Under the pieces are notes generated by a model that did not search any database, had not been told where the DNA came from, and saw only the letters and a list, made by a program, of their open reading frames with translations. A stretch of DNA of 64,000 nucleotides, taken from NCBI GenBank assembly GCA_012729395.1, contig JAAYDF010000334.1, forward strand, positions 1,714-65,713, given 5' to 3'. Within the stretch, counting starts at the first letter, position 1. Every line of letters starts with the position of its first letter. The position numbers and the translations under genes were made by a program. This DNA is from Phycisphaerae bacterium. GTDB lineage: Bacteria; Planctomycetota; Phycisphaerae; UBA1845; PWPN01. This document shows, one piece after another, positions 44,749-53,469 of this stretch.

Positions 44749-45713
44749 TGCGGCGATATCGCCTGCGAACTCCTTCGAAGCAGACCGTGTTTCTCCTGCT
44801 GATGGGGGCATCACTGGTCATGTGGTGGCTGCCCGCCGAGCTATTCGGACCCGCCCGTGGCATGACCCAACTCGTCGCGCTCCCTCAATGGGCGGCCCAT
44901 CAAGCCACTACCCGCGTCACCGAGCCGCTCAAGGCCCTCGCTCGCCAGCAGATGACCGCCGCGGAACAACGTGACCTGGCGGAACACAAGATCGCCCTGG
45001 AAAACGAAAACGCCGTCCTCCGGCAACGCATCGAAGAACTCAAAAACACCATCGAAGAACTCGCCCTCTTGCGACAAGACGGCGCCCCTTTGCAGGGCGT
45101 CATTATCCCGGCACCGGTCATCGGGCTCGACGCCGCCCCGCGTCGGGACTCGCTGGTCCTCGGCAAAGGGCAGATACAGGGTGTGCGACAGGAAGACTGG
45201 GTCGCCTCACGACTCTTCGTGCAGGCGGGCCGCGAGGATGGCGTCGAGGATGACGCCGCCGTACTGGCCCGCGAATGCCTGATCGGGCGGGTGGAGCAGA
45301 TCGGTGCCCTGACCTCACGCGTGGTCCTGCTGAGCGATCCCTACGCCAACCGGGCGATGAGGGTGCACATCGCCCACTTCGATCCCGAAACCCGCCGGCC
45401 ACTCCACGTCACCTTTGACGGACGAATGGCCGCATTCGTCCTCCGCGGCTCCGGCAGCGGGCTCATGACCGTCTCCGACATCCACCGCGATTTCGTCCAG
45501 GCCGGCGTGGTCACCGTCGGCGACCTGGTCACCTCCGACCCGCACGACGCCAAACTGCCCCGGGCCATGGTCATCGGCGAGATCATCGAGCTCCGCCACA
45601 ACCGCGACAAACCCCTGCTCTACGACGCCGTCGTCCGGCCGCGCTACGACCCCAAAGCCCTCAGCCAAGTCATGGTCGTCGACCTCTCCCGCGCCGCCCT
45701 CGACCGGCAATGA
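44745..45713 (+). CDS. mreC: Rod shape-determining protein MreC
   Basis: ATGTGATG overlap with the mreB stop. N-terminal TM, coiled coil (ENENAVLRQRIEELKNTIEEL), and beta-barrel region (GLVTSDP-like VTSDPHDAKLPRAMVIGEI). Confidence 0.85.
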   Translation: MMRRYRLRTPSKQTVFLLLMGASLVMWWLPAELFGPARGMTQLVALPQWAAHQATTRVTEPLKALARQQMTAAEQRDLAEHKIALENENAVLRQRIEELKNTIEELALLRQDGAPLQGVIIPAPVIGLDAAPRRDSLVLGKGQIQGVRQEDWVASRLFVQAGREDGVEDDAAVLARECLIGRVEQIGALTSRVVLLSDPYANRAMRVHIAHFDPETRRPLHVTFDGRMAAFVLRGSGSGLMTVSDIHRDFVQAGVVTVGDLVTSDPHDAKLPRAMVIGEIIELRHNRDKPLLYDAVVRPRYDPKALSQVMVVDLSRAALDRQ

Positions 45714-45715
45714 CC

Positions 45716-45840
45716 CCAAAAATGGTGTCAGGATGATTTTTGCGGGCAAAAAAACGGGGTCAGGGTCATGGCATCAGGGGGGGCACACATCCAGATACTC
45801 GCAAGAAACCCCCGCAGAAATCATCCTGACACCGTTTTCC
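45716..45840 (+). mobile_element. MITE-like element, copy A (about 125 bp)
   Basis: TIRs are ggtgtcaggatgatttttgcggg (45724-45746) and cccgcagaaatcatcctgacacc (45811-45833), 22 of 23 complementary. A/T-rich outer ends. The internal core is shared with copy B. Confidence 0.8.
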
Positions 45841-45873
45841 CGGTACCTTAGCTACTTGCAGGAGGTTGATCGC

Positions 45874-47355
45874 ATGACTTTCGCACTGGATACAAAGCAG
45901 CAAATCCGCCAGCGTTCGGCTGTTGGCACGTCTGGGAGGCGATACCTGGCTGCCATCGCACTCGTGCCGTTGGCCGCGCTGGCCGGTGCCGCCTTGGCGG
46001 ACGGGCCGCAACTCGAAAGCCCAGCCGCTTACAAGCAACTGTGGGACAACCCCCACATCGTGCACCGCATCAACGAAGGCATCGAAACACACCGCAAGAG
46101 CACCGCGACCCTGAGCATAGTCGATACCGATGGAAACGCCCTCTCCGATGCCCAGATCGAGGCCGTGCAGACCACTCATGATTTCCTCTTCGGCTGCAAC
46201 CTCTTCTTCCTGGACGGTTACGAGACCGAGGCGGAAAACCACGCCTACGAAGCCCGCTTCGCCCAGCTCTTCAACTTCGGCTCGGCACCGTTCTACTGGT
46301 CCGACCTCGAACCCGAGGAGGGCAAACCGCGGTTCGCCAAGAATTCACCACGCATCTATCGGCGACCGCCGCCTGATCTCGCGGTCGAGTTCGCCCAAAA
46401 GCACGGCATAACCCTCAAGGGCCATCCGCTGATGTGGAACCACTTCTACCCCAGCTGGCTGCCCAAAGACAAGGATCAGGTCGCCAAGGCCATCTCCATG
46501 CATATGGCCGAGATTGCCGAACGCTATGCCGACAAGATCAGAATCTGGGACGTCGTGAACGAAACGCTCAACGCCCCTCGACCGGAGATCATCCTGCCGG
46601 ACGACTACGTCGCGTTCTGCTTTCAGCAGGCCGGGCGGTGGTTTGGGGCCAACAACCTGCTCTTGGCGAACGAAACGCGCGAGGCGGCACATCATTGGCT
46701 TGGCGAAGACGGCTCAGAAAGCCGTTACTACCGCATGCTCAGCTCGCTGGCACAGCGGGATATCCGGTTCGACGGCATCGGCTTCCAGTTCCACTGCGCC
46801 GACACGGCCAGGATTCTTGCCGGCGCCGAGTGCACGCCGGAGTCCCTCTTGCGGGTCTACGACCTGTATAGCCGGTTCAAGCGGCCGCTGTACATCACCG
46901 AGTTGTCCGTCGGCACCGCGGGCGAGGGGTCCAGCGGCCAGCCGGTCCAGGCTGAGGTGGTGCGCAACTTCTACCGGCTATTCTTCAGCGTCGAGCGCAT
47001 GGCCGGCATTACCTGGTGGAACCTCGCCGACGGCACCGCCCACAAGTGGGACGAGATCCGCGACGGCAAACACTACGTCTACGACGAGAATCGCTGGCAG
47101 GCGGGCCTCCTCGACCGATCGCTCACCCCAAAGGAAGCCTACCGCGTACTCGAACGGCTGATCCACGACGAATGGCGAACACGCACCGTCGGCCGGACAA
47201 ACCCCGCCGGGCAGTTCACCTTCCGTGGCTTCCACGGCCACTACCGCATCACCGTCCGGCACGGCGAGATGGCCGAGACCTTCGACTTGCACGTATCGAA
47301 GGCTGGCCCCGCACAACACCGCCTCGTCCTGAGCAAAAAAAAGGTGTCAGGATGA
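45874..47355 (+). CDS. Glycoside hydrolase family 10 (endo-beta-1,4-xylanase-like)
   Basis: ggagg RBS precedes ATG 45874. Signal-like N-terminus. GH10 catalytic motifs WDVVNE (acid/base) and YITELSV (nucleophile). The last codons (KKKVSG) and the stop lie inside MITE copy B. Confidence 0.85.
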   Translation: MTFALDTKQQIRQRSAVGTSGRRYLAAIALVPLAALAGAALADGPQLESPAAYKQLWDNPHIVHRINEGIETHRKSTATLSIVDTDGNALSDAQIEAVQTTHDFLFGCNLFFLDGYETEAENHAYEARFAQLFNFGSAPFYWSDLEPEEGKPRFAKNSPRIYRRPPPDLAVEFAQKHGITLKGHPLMWNHFYPSWLPKDKDQVAKAISMHMAEIAERYADKIRIWDVVNETLNAPRPEIILPDDYVAFCFQQAGRWFGANNLLLANETREAAHHWLGEDGSESRYYRMLSSLAQRDIRFDGIGFQFHCADTARILAGAECTPESLLRVYDLYSRFKRPLYITELSVGTAGEGSSGQPVQAEVVRNFYRLFFSVERMAGITWWNLADGTAHKWDEIRDGKHYVYDENRWQAGLLDRSLTPKEAYRVLERLIHDEWRTRTVGRTNPAGQFTFRGFHGHYRITVRHGEMAETFDLHVSKAGPAQHRLVLSKKKVSG

Positions 47356-47459
47356 TTTTTGCGGGCAAAAAAACGCGGGTAGGATCAGTGCATCAAGGGT
47401 GGGCACACCTCAAGGAACTCGCAGCTTGCCCCCGCAAAAATCATCCTGACACCATTTTT
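47334..47459 (+). mobile_element. MITE-like element, copy B
   Basis: Perfect 23-bp TIRs at 47343-47365 and 47431-47453. Same orientation and internal sequence as copy A. Confidence 0.85.
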
Positions 47460-47499
47460 CGGCCTTGCTGTCGCTGCCCCCTTGTGTTCAAATAGTGAG

Positions 47500-48474
47500 A
47501 TGGAACACAGCAAAACACCAGACAACCTGTCCCGTCGTGAGTTGATCCGTGTCGCAGGGGTAACGGTCCTGGGACTCGGTGCGGTCGCCCCGGCAGTGGC
47601 GGAGAGCCCGGACTCGCCTCGCCGGCGGGTGCTGCGAATCGCACACCTCACCGACATCCATATGACGCCCGATCGCAAGGCGGCCGAGGGCATGGCGGCC
47701 TGCTTGCGACACATACAGTCCCAGACCGACAAGCCGGACCTGATCCTGACCGGCGGCGATCATATCATGGATTCGATCGGAGCCGACGCCGCTCGAACCA
47801 AACAACAATGGGATCTGTACCAGGCGGTCCTCAAAGCCGAATGCAGCCTGCCGGTCGAAGCGTGCATCGGCAACCACGATTGCTGGGGCCTGAACCGCAA
47901 GAGTAGCGGGACGACCGGCAGCGAGCCCCTCTACGGCAAGAAATGGGCCGTGGACGCCCTGGGCATCGAGCGGGAGTATCGTAGCTTCGACCGGGCGGGC
48001 TGGCACTTCATCATGCTCGACAGCACCTTCCCCAAGGACGACGGCTACATCGCGCGACTTGACGACCAGCAGTTCGACTGGCTGGCCGAGGATCTGCGTC
48101 GGGCAGACCCGGCGATGCCTGTCCTGATTCTCTCGCACATCCCCATTCTGTCCGTGAGCGTCTTCTTCGACGGCGAGAACGAGAAGACCGGGGACTGGGT
48201 CATACCGGGATCCTGGGTTCACATCGACAGCCGGCGAATCAAGGATCTGCTCATCAAGCATCCGAACGTGAAAGTCTGCCTCAGTGGCCATGTGCACTTG
48301 GTTGACCGCGTGGAATACCTTGGCGTTTCGTACGCGTGCAATGGTGCCGTGTGCGGTGCGTGGTGGAACGGCGCCTACCACGAATGCGAACCCGGCTACG
48401 CCTTGGTTAACCTCTACAGCGACGGCTCATTCGACAACCGCTACGTGCGGTTCGGCTGGAAGCCCGAGGCGTGA
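47500..48474 (+). CDS. Calcineurin-like metallophosphoesterase with Tat-type signal
   Basis: SRRELIRVAGVTVLGLGAVAPAVA signal. Metallophosphoesterase motifs (HLTDIH, GGDHIMD, GNHD, LSHIP, GHVH). Confidence 0.85.
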   Translation: MEHSKTPDNLSRRELIRVAGVTVLGLGAVAPAVAESPDSPRRRVLRIAHLTDIHMTPDRKAAEGMAACLRHIQSQTDKPDLILTGGDHIMDSIGADAARTKQQWDLYQAVLKAECSLPVEACIGNHDCWGLNRKSSGTTGSEPLYGKKWAVDALGIEREYRSFDRAGWHFIMLDSTFPKDDGYIARLDDQQFDWLAEDLRRADPAMPVLILSHIPILSVSVFFDGENEKTGDWVIPGSWVHIDSRRIKDLLIKHPNVKVCLSGHVHLVDRVEYLGVSYACNGAVCGAWWNGAYHECEPGYALVNLYSDGSFDNRYVRFGWKPEA

Positions 48475-48488
48475 AGAAGGCCTCACGC

Positions 48489-48583
48489 GAAAAAGGGGGT
48501 CAGGATGATTTTTCGCAGCGGTGGGCAACACTCGGAAAGAGCGCTGCTCAACCCTGCGAAAAATCATCCTGACACCCTTTTCG
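48489..48583. mobile_element. MITE-like element, copy C (about 95 bp, different core)
   Basis: TIRs are ggggtcaggatgatttttcgcag (48496-48518) and ctgcgaaaaatcatcctgacaccc (48554-48577). The znuB stop codon (48564-48566) and its last codons (KRVSG) lie inside the right TIR. Confidence 0.8.
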
Positions 48584-49415
48584 TGCCCAGCCGGCGGGCG
48601 CCCACGACCAGTAAGTAGAGACCTCCAGCCAAGGCGATGGTCATGGCTCCGGGGGGTAGCTCGGGCTGGTAGCTGACCGCCAAGCCAGTGGTGGTCAGGG
48701 CGGCACTGATCACGGCGGCGAGAAGCATCACCTGCCACAGCCGGCTGACGAAGTGGCCTGCGATCGCCACCGGCAGGGTAATCAGGGCGATAACCATGAC
48801 CAGCCCCACGATGGTCACCAACACCACCACGGTCAGGGCCGTCAGGCACAGCAACAACAGGTAGTAAAACTCGACGGAAATGCCTCGCAAACGCGAGAAC
48901 TCTTCGTCAAAGCAAACGGCCAGGAACTTGTTATAGAAGCCCAGACCCACGGCCACCACCAGCAGATCGAGCCCAATGATGAGCACGAGATTGTCGCGGG
49001 AGACCAGCAGGATGTTGCCGAACAGGTAGCTCATCAGGTCTTCGTAGTAGCCCGGCGTACGGGCGATGAAAAGCACGCCGACGGCCATACCGATGGCCCA
49101 CAGGGCACTGATGACCGTGTCCTCGCGTTCCTTGGCCCGCAGACTGACCCACCCGATGATCAGAGCGGCCAGCAAGGCGGCGATCACCGCCCCATGCAGC
49201 GGCTCGAGCCATTCCCAGCCCAAGACCTTATTGAAGTACCGGGCGGCCCCCATCCCACCGAGCGTGCAGTGGGCCACCCCGCCGGCGATGTAGGTGATCC
49301 GCCGGGCAACCACGTAGCTGCCGACGATGCCACAGGCGACGCTGGCCGCCACACCGGCCAGCAAGGCATGCTGCAGAAGAACACTGTGTTTGAGGGCTTC
49401 CAGAAACTCGCTCAA
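48564..49415 (-). CDS. znuB: Metal (Zn/Mn) ABC transporter permease
   Basis: ABC-3 family polytopic permease of 283 aa. Its start overlaps the znuC stop. Confidence 0.88.
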   Translation of the reverse strand: MSEFLEALKHSVLLQHALLAGVAASVACGIVGSYVVARRITYIAGGVAHCTLGGMGAARYFNKVLGWEWLEPLHGAVIAALLAALIIGWVSLRAKEREDTVISALWAIGMAVGVLFIARTPGYYEDLMSYLFGNILLVSRDNLVLIIGLDLLVVAVGLGFYNKFLAVCFDEEFSRLRGISVEFYYLLLLCLTALTVVVLVTIVGLVMVIALITLPVAIAGHFVSRLWQVMLLAAVISAALTTTGLAVSYQPELPPGAMTIALAGGLYLLVVGARRLGTKRVSG

Positions 49416-50230
49416 GGTTCAACCCTCGCGTTGGGTGCACGGCCATGATGAAGCAGGCGGACCTCGCGACCGTACATGTCGGCAACCGTACGATGGCTCA
49501 GCTCGCTCATCGGGTGTGTGTGCACCGTCCGGTTCACGCAGACCACGGTCTTGAAATACAGCGACACAAAGCCGATGTCGTGCGACACCATGACGATGGT
49601 CAGTTTGCGATTCAGCTTGCCGAGCAGCTCGTAGAGATCATCCTGCACCACCGGGTCGAGATTAGCCATGGGCTCATCGAGCAGCAGCAGTTCCGGCTCG
49701 CAGGCCAGGGCCCGGGCGATCAGCACCCGCTGCCGTTGCCCGCCGGAAAGTCGCGCGAACGGCCTCCTGCGCAGCTCGGCCATACCCACCTCGCCCAAGG
49801 CCGTCAACGCGACTTGCTTATCCGCTTGGCGATACGGACCCAACATGGGCGCCCGCCCGAGTCGCCCCATGAGCACCACGTCCAGAACACTGACCGGAAA
49901 CCGCGGGTCGAGTTGGGCATGCTGCGGCATGTAGCCGATCAACGAGCGGGCCACACGCGGCGACTTGCCCAGTACCTCGACCGTGCCCTGATTGGGCTCG
50001 ATCAGCCCCAGCATGAGCTTCAGCAGCGTACTCTTGCCCCCGCCGTTCGGGCCGATCACGCACACGAAGTCCCGCTCGCCGACAACTAGGTTCGCCCGCT
50101 GAATCACGGGTGGGCCGTCGTAGGTGAACGACACCTCCGTCAGTGTGATGACCGGCTTGGCTGTCACGTCACTTCCATTCATGTCGCCGCTCGTAACGGT
50201 CGCCAGAGCCAGCGGACGCTTGGAGAGCAT
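49412..50230 (-). CDS. znuC: Metal (Zn/Mn) ABC transporter ATP-binding protein
   Basis: Walker A GPNGGGKST, signature LSGGQRQR, Walker B LLLLDEP. The start may be 50182 instead of 50230. Confidence 0.9.
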   Translation of the reverse strand: MLSKRPLALATVTSGDMNGSDVTAKPVITLTEVSFTYDGPPVIQRANLVVGERDFVCVIGPNGGGKSTLLKLMLGLIEPNQGTVEVLGKSPRVARSLIGYMPQHAQLDPRFPVSVLDVVLMGRLGRAPMLGPYRQADKQVALTALGEVGMAELRRRPFARLSGGQRQRVLIARALACEPELLLLDEPMANLDPVVQDDLYELLGKLNRKLTIVMVSHDIGFVSLYFKTVVCVNRTVHTHPMSELSHRTVADMYGREVRLLHHGRAPNARVEP

Positions 50231-50245
50231 ACTGGCATACCAGAC

Positions 50246-50421
50246 GCGCTTGTACGTCGCTTACGCTCCACTTTCCCGTCGCTTGCGCTCCGGGCTCGTA
50301 TGCTGCGCTCCGGGCACGTATGCTGCGATCCAGACTCGGGTACCGCGCTCCGGGCTCGTATGGTACGTTCCAAGCTGGTGGACTGCACCCCGGGCTCGTA
50401 TGTGCTTGCACTCCAGTTCGC
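50246..50421. repeat. Degenerate 20-bp tandem array (about 8 units) filling the znuA-znuC intercistronic gap
   Basis: Units include gcgctccgggctcgtatgct (50285-50304), gcgctccgggcacgtatgct, gcgatccagactcgggtacc, gcgctccgggctcgtatggt, acgttccaagctggtggact and gcaccccgggctcgtatgtg. Confidence 0.75.
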
Positions 50422-51375
50422 TCATGTCGGCCGCGAGGAGACCGCTCCCGACGAATGCCCCAGGGCCTGCTGTATCTTCGCGGCAATGTCGAGCAAGTTG
50501 TTCAAGTAATCCTCGGCCATGGGATCCATGGGCAGCACCGCCCCGCCGATGGCCTCGGCGACGGCCTCAACGCTTTGCCGGGCGAACTGCGGCTGAACGA
50601 AGATCAGCTTGACACCCGACTCGCGGGCCCGGTCGATCAGCCGCTCCAGTTGCCTCGCGGTCGGCTGCTTGCCCCCGGTCTCCACCGCCACCTGCTTGAG
50701 CCCGTAATCCTGCGCGAAGTAACCGAAGGCTGGATGGAACACATAGAACTCCCGCCCTTGAAGCGGGGCCAGAACCGTCGCAATGCGGGCATCTACATCG
50801 TCCAGGTCTGCCTCGAACGCCGCGAGGTTCCGCTCGTAGTCCGCTGCCCGATCAGGGTCCAGCCGAACCAGCTCGGCGGCGATGTTGCGGGCCTGGATCT
50901 TCACCAGACGCGGGCTCATCCAGGTGTGCAGGTCGAGTTCCCCGCCACAGTCGTGGTCGCCATGCTCATGATCGTGGTCATGGTCATGATCGGGATTGGG
51001 AGCCAACTCGATGCCTGCCTGGGTCTCCACCACGCGTAACGTCTTGACCGCCGCGGTGGCCTTCGCCACAATCCGCCGCTCCAAGGGCAGCCCGATGCAG
51101 AAGAAGACCCGAGCACGCGAGAGATCAACCACCTGCCTGGGAGTAGGTTCGTAGCTATGATGCGATTGGCCGGGCGGCACCAGTACCGAGACATGCACGT
51201 GTGGACCACCGATCCGTTCGACGAAGTACTTCTGAGGTGGGATGCTGACAAAGACGGGGATCGCGGTCCCGTCGGCCGGTGCCGTCGAAGTCGTCCGCTC
51301 CCGGCAAGCACCGGTCAACAACAGCAGTCCGACGACCAGCATAGCCCGCACTCGACTAGCACGCCGTTCATGCAT
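50422..51375 (-). CDS. znuA: Metal-binding lipoprotein of ABC transporter (ZnuA/TroA cluster) with His/Asp-rich loop
   Basis: ggagga RBS precedes ATG 51375. Lipobox LLLLTGAC. His/Asp-rich loop PDHDHDHDHEHGDHDCGGE, typical of Zn-specific ZnuA. Confidence 0.85.
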   Translation of the reverse strand: MHERRASRVRAMLVVGLLLLTGACRERTTSTAPADGTAIPVFVSIPPQKYFVERIGGPHVHVSVLVPPGQSHHSYEPTPRQVVDLSRARVFFCIGLPLERRIVAKATAAVKTLRVVETQAGIELAPNPDHDHDHDHEHGDHDCGGELDLHTWMSPRLVKIQARNIAAELVRLDPDRAADYERNLAAFEADLDDVDARIATVLAPLQGREFYVFHPAFGYFAQDYGLKQVAVETGGKQPTARQLERLIDRARESGVKLIFVQPQFARQSVEAVAEAIGGAVLPMDPMAEDYLNNLLDIAAKIQQALGHSSGAVSSRPT

Positions 51376-51530
51376 AGGCTTGTATCCTCCCAATAACACA
51401 GTTCCAGCCCAGAGACTTCGGACCGAACGAACTTGTTCGTGGTCCCGGACTGAGCACTCGATTGCACTGCTCACAGCCACACGTCTGTCGTCTGCCCGCG
51501 AAGCGGCAAGCCAGAAGCACGAGCCTCTTA

Positions 51531-51616
51531 ACGCACGCAACCACCCACGCACCCACGCACTCACTCAACCACGCGCTCACCCTCACGCTCACGCACCCAC
51601 CCACACGCGCACGCGC
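51531..51616. repeat. Degenerate 8-bp (acgcaccc-like) C/A-rich tract
   Basis: acgcacgc aaccaccc acgcaccc acgcactc and onward, with five CCC runs (51544, 51552, 51580, 51596, 51600). It is G-rich on the znuA sense strand and lies in the gap between the RHH gene and znuA. Confidence 0.7.
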
Positions 51617-51624
51617 TTCCTCGC

Positions 51625-51906
51625 TCACTCTCCATGCGGACTGAGTTCCTGTTCTCGACCGCAGACCAGGTGCCACTCGTGGCAATCGCGGCATTCGCGG
51701 AGAGCGTGATGCCGAGCAAAGGCTTGCCAGTGTTTCTTCTGCTCCTGGGTCAGGATGCCCGCCCCCTGACACAGGGGACAGACGTTCTCCAGGGCCGCCA
51801 GCACAGCCGACCGGATGAACGCGGACCGATTGGGCAGCGCTTTGAGGGCTGCCGCCAGGGATTCTTCTGCCTTAAACGTCACAATGCTCTGCTTGTGCTG
51901 GGCCAT
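51625..51906 (-). CDS. Ribbon-helix-helix (CopG/NikR-like) protein with C-terminal CxxC...CxxC metal-binding module
   Basis: RHH-like N-terminus (SIVTFKAEESLAAALKALPNRSAFIRSAVLAAL). Cys/His-rich C-terminus (CPLCQGAG...HH...CRDCHEWHLVC). Co-directional with znuA and immediately upstream of it. Confidence 0.7.
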   Translation of the reverse strand: MAQHKQSIVTFKAEESLAAALKALPNRSAFIRSAVLAALENVCPLCQGAGILTQEQKKHWQAFARHHALRECRDCHEWHLVCGREQELSPHGE

Positions 51907-52104
51907 CTCAGATAACCTCTTACCCTGTCAGGTGTTACATCCACCAACAGGCCCCCCGAGCAGTATTCATACTTTGTATTACTGCATTATCCGTCCAGCG
52001 GTTCGTTGCGTCAACTGGGGATACCGTGGCGGCTCGCGGGCAGCGGCTGGCGGCTGGACTCGCCGGCCGCCAGAACCGGCCGATCATGGCGGGGAAAGGG
52101 ACCG

Positions 52105-52512
52105 CTACTGGGCCGGGAGAGGAAGGGGGTCTCGTTTGCGATACACGGTGCCGTGGAAAACGGCGACAATCTCGTTGGCGTCGTCGGTGACCCGCACGGA
52201 GTAGGTCGCCAAGCGGGGCGAGAGCGACTCCTCGCGAGCTTCGGCGGTGAGCGTGCCGGTGGTGGCGGCCTTGACATAGGAGATGCTGGCGGCGATCCCG
52301 ACCGCGACGCTGCCGTGGGAGTTGGAGGCGGCGGCGAAAGCCAGGTCGGCGAGCGTGAAAGTCGCTCCGCCGTGCACCATGCGCAGACTGTTGTAATGGT
52401 CCTCGCGAATGGTCATGCGGGCGATCGCCCGACCGGGGGCAACCTCAGTGAGTTCGATGCCCAGCAGGTTGGCGAGTTGATCCTGGCTGAAATAGCGTTT
52501 CACCTTGTCCAT
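52105..52512 (-). CDS. PaaI-family hotdog-fold thioesterase
   Basis: LLGIELTEVAPGRAIARMTIREDHYNSLRMVHGGATFTLADLAFAAA is the typical PaaI/YbgC-like core. Confidence 0.85.
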   Translation of the reverse strand: MDKVKRYFSQDQLANLLGIELTEVAPGRAIARMTIREDHYNSLRMVHGGATFTLADLAFAAASNSHGSVAVGIAASISYVKAATTGTLTAEAREESLSPRLATYSVRVTDDANEIVAVFHGTVYRKRDPLPLPAQ

Positions 52513-52533
52513 GGTCGGTCTCCTTGGCGGTTG

Positions 52534-53469
52534 TCACCCGGAGGCGTCTGCGCTCTGCTCGCTGAACAGGGCCTGAACGAAAGCGGCGGGATCAAACGGC
52601 TCGATGTCGTCCGGAGTCTCGCCCAAACCCACGAACTTAACGGGAATGTTGATCTGGTCGTGAATGCCGATGACGATGCCGCCCTTGGCCGATCCGTCCA
52701 GCTTCGCCAGGAACAGCCCGGTCACCTTGACATGCTCGCTGAAGATCTTCGCCTGGTTGATGGCGTTCTGCCCGATGGTCGAGTCCAGCACCAGCAGCAC
52801 CTCGTGCGGGGCGTCGGGCATCTTCTTCTGAATCACGCGTTCAATCTTGCCAAGCTCTCGCATGAGATGGCTCTGGGTGTGCAGTCGGCCGGCGGTATCG
52901 ACGATGAGCACATCCGCCTGCCTGGCGAGAGCGGCGTCGCAGGCATCGTACGCGACGGCCCCGGGATCGGCGCCCTGGTCGTGCTTGACGATCTGCACGC
53001 CGAGTCGGCGGCTCCACTCGGTAAGTTGGGCCACGGCGGCGGCGCGGTACGTGTCACACGCGGCCAAGATCACCTTCTTGCCCTGCTTGGACAAGTAACT
53101 GCACAGCTTGGCGACGCTGGTGGTTTTGCCTGAGCCGTTCACCCCAGCCACAAGAATGACCGTCGGCCCACTGGGAGCGAAGCGGAGTTGGCGGTCGGCT
53201 TCGGGCCAGAAGGAGACGATGTGCTGCTGGAGGAAGGGAATGATCTCCTGCGTCTCGGCGATCTGGCCGGCCTTGTACGCCTTGCGGACCTCGGCGATGA
53301 GCAGAGCCGTCGCGGCGGGTCCCATGTCGTCGGCGAGCATGGTCTCTTCGAGCTCATCGATAAGCCGGTCGTCGATCTTGCGGCCGAAGGGCAAAACAGA
53401 CCGGAAAGTGCGAGCGATCTTCTCGCGGGTCTTGGCCAGGCCTTTCTTGAAGCGGTCAAAGAGTCCCAT
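52534..53469 (-). CDS. ftsY: Signal recognition particle receptor FtsY
   Basis: MGLFDRFKKGL start with gaggaag RBS. NG domain with GVNGSGKTT, DTAGR and LAKLDGSAKGG. Confidence 0.95.
   Translation of the reverse strand: MGLFDRFKKGLAKTREKIARTFRSVLPFGRKIDDRLIDELEETMLADDMGPAATALLIAEVRKAYKAGQIAETQEIIPFLQQHIVSFWPEADRQLRFAPSGPTVILVAGVNGSGKTTSVAKLCSYLSKQGKKVILAACDTYRAAAVAQLTEWSRRLGVQIVKHDQGADPGAVAYDACDAALARQADVLIVDTAGRLHTQSHLMRELGKIERVIQKKMPDAPHEVLLVLDSTIGQNAINQAKIFSEHVKVTGLFLAKLDGSAKGGIVIGIHDQINIPVKFVGLGETPDDIEPFDPAAFVQALFSEQSADASG

Noticed and set aside
51462-51644. 60-aa ORF (THAPTHSLNHALTLTLTHPPT...)
   Set aside because: It is a translation of the octamer C/A-rich tract, with no RBS. It is a low-complexity artefact.
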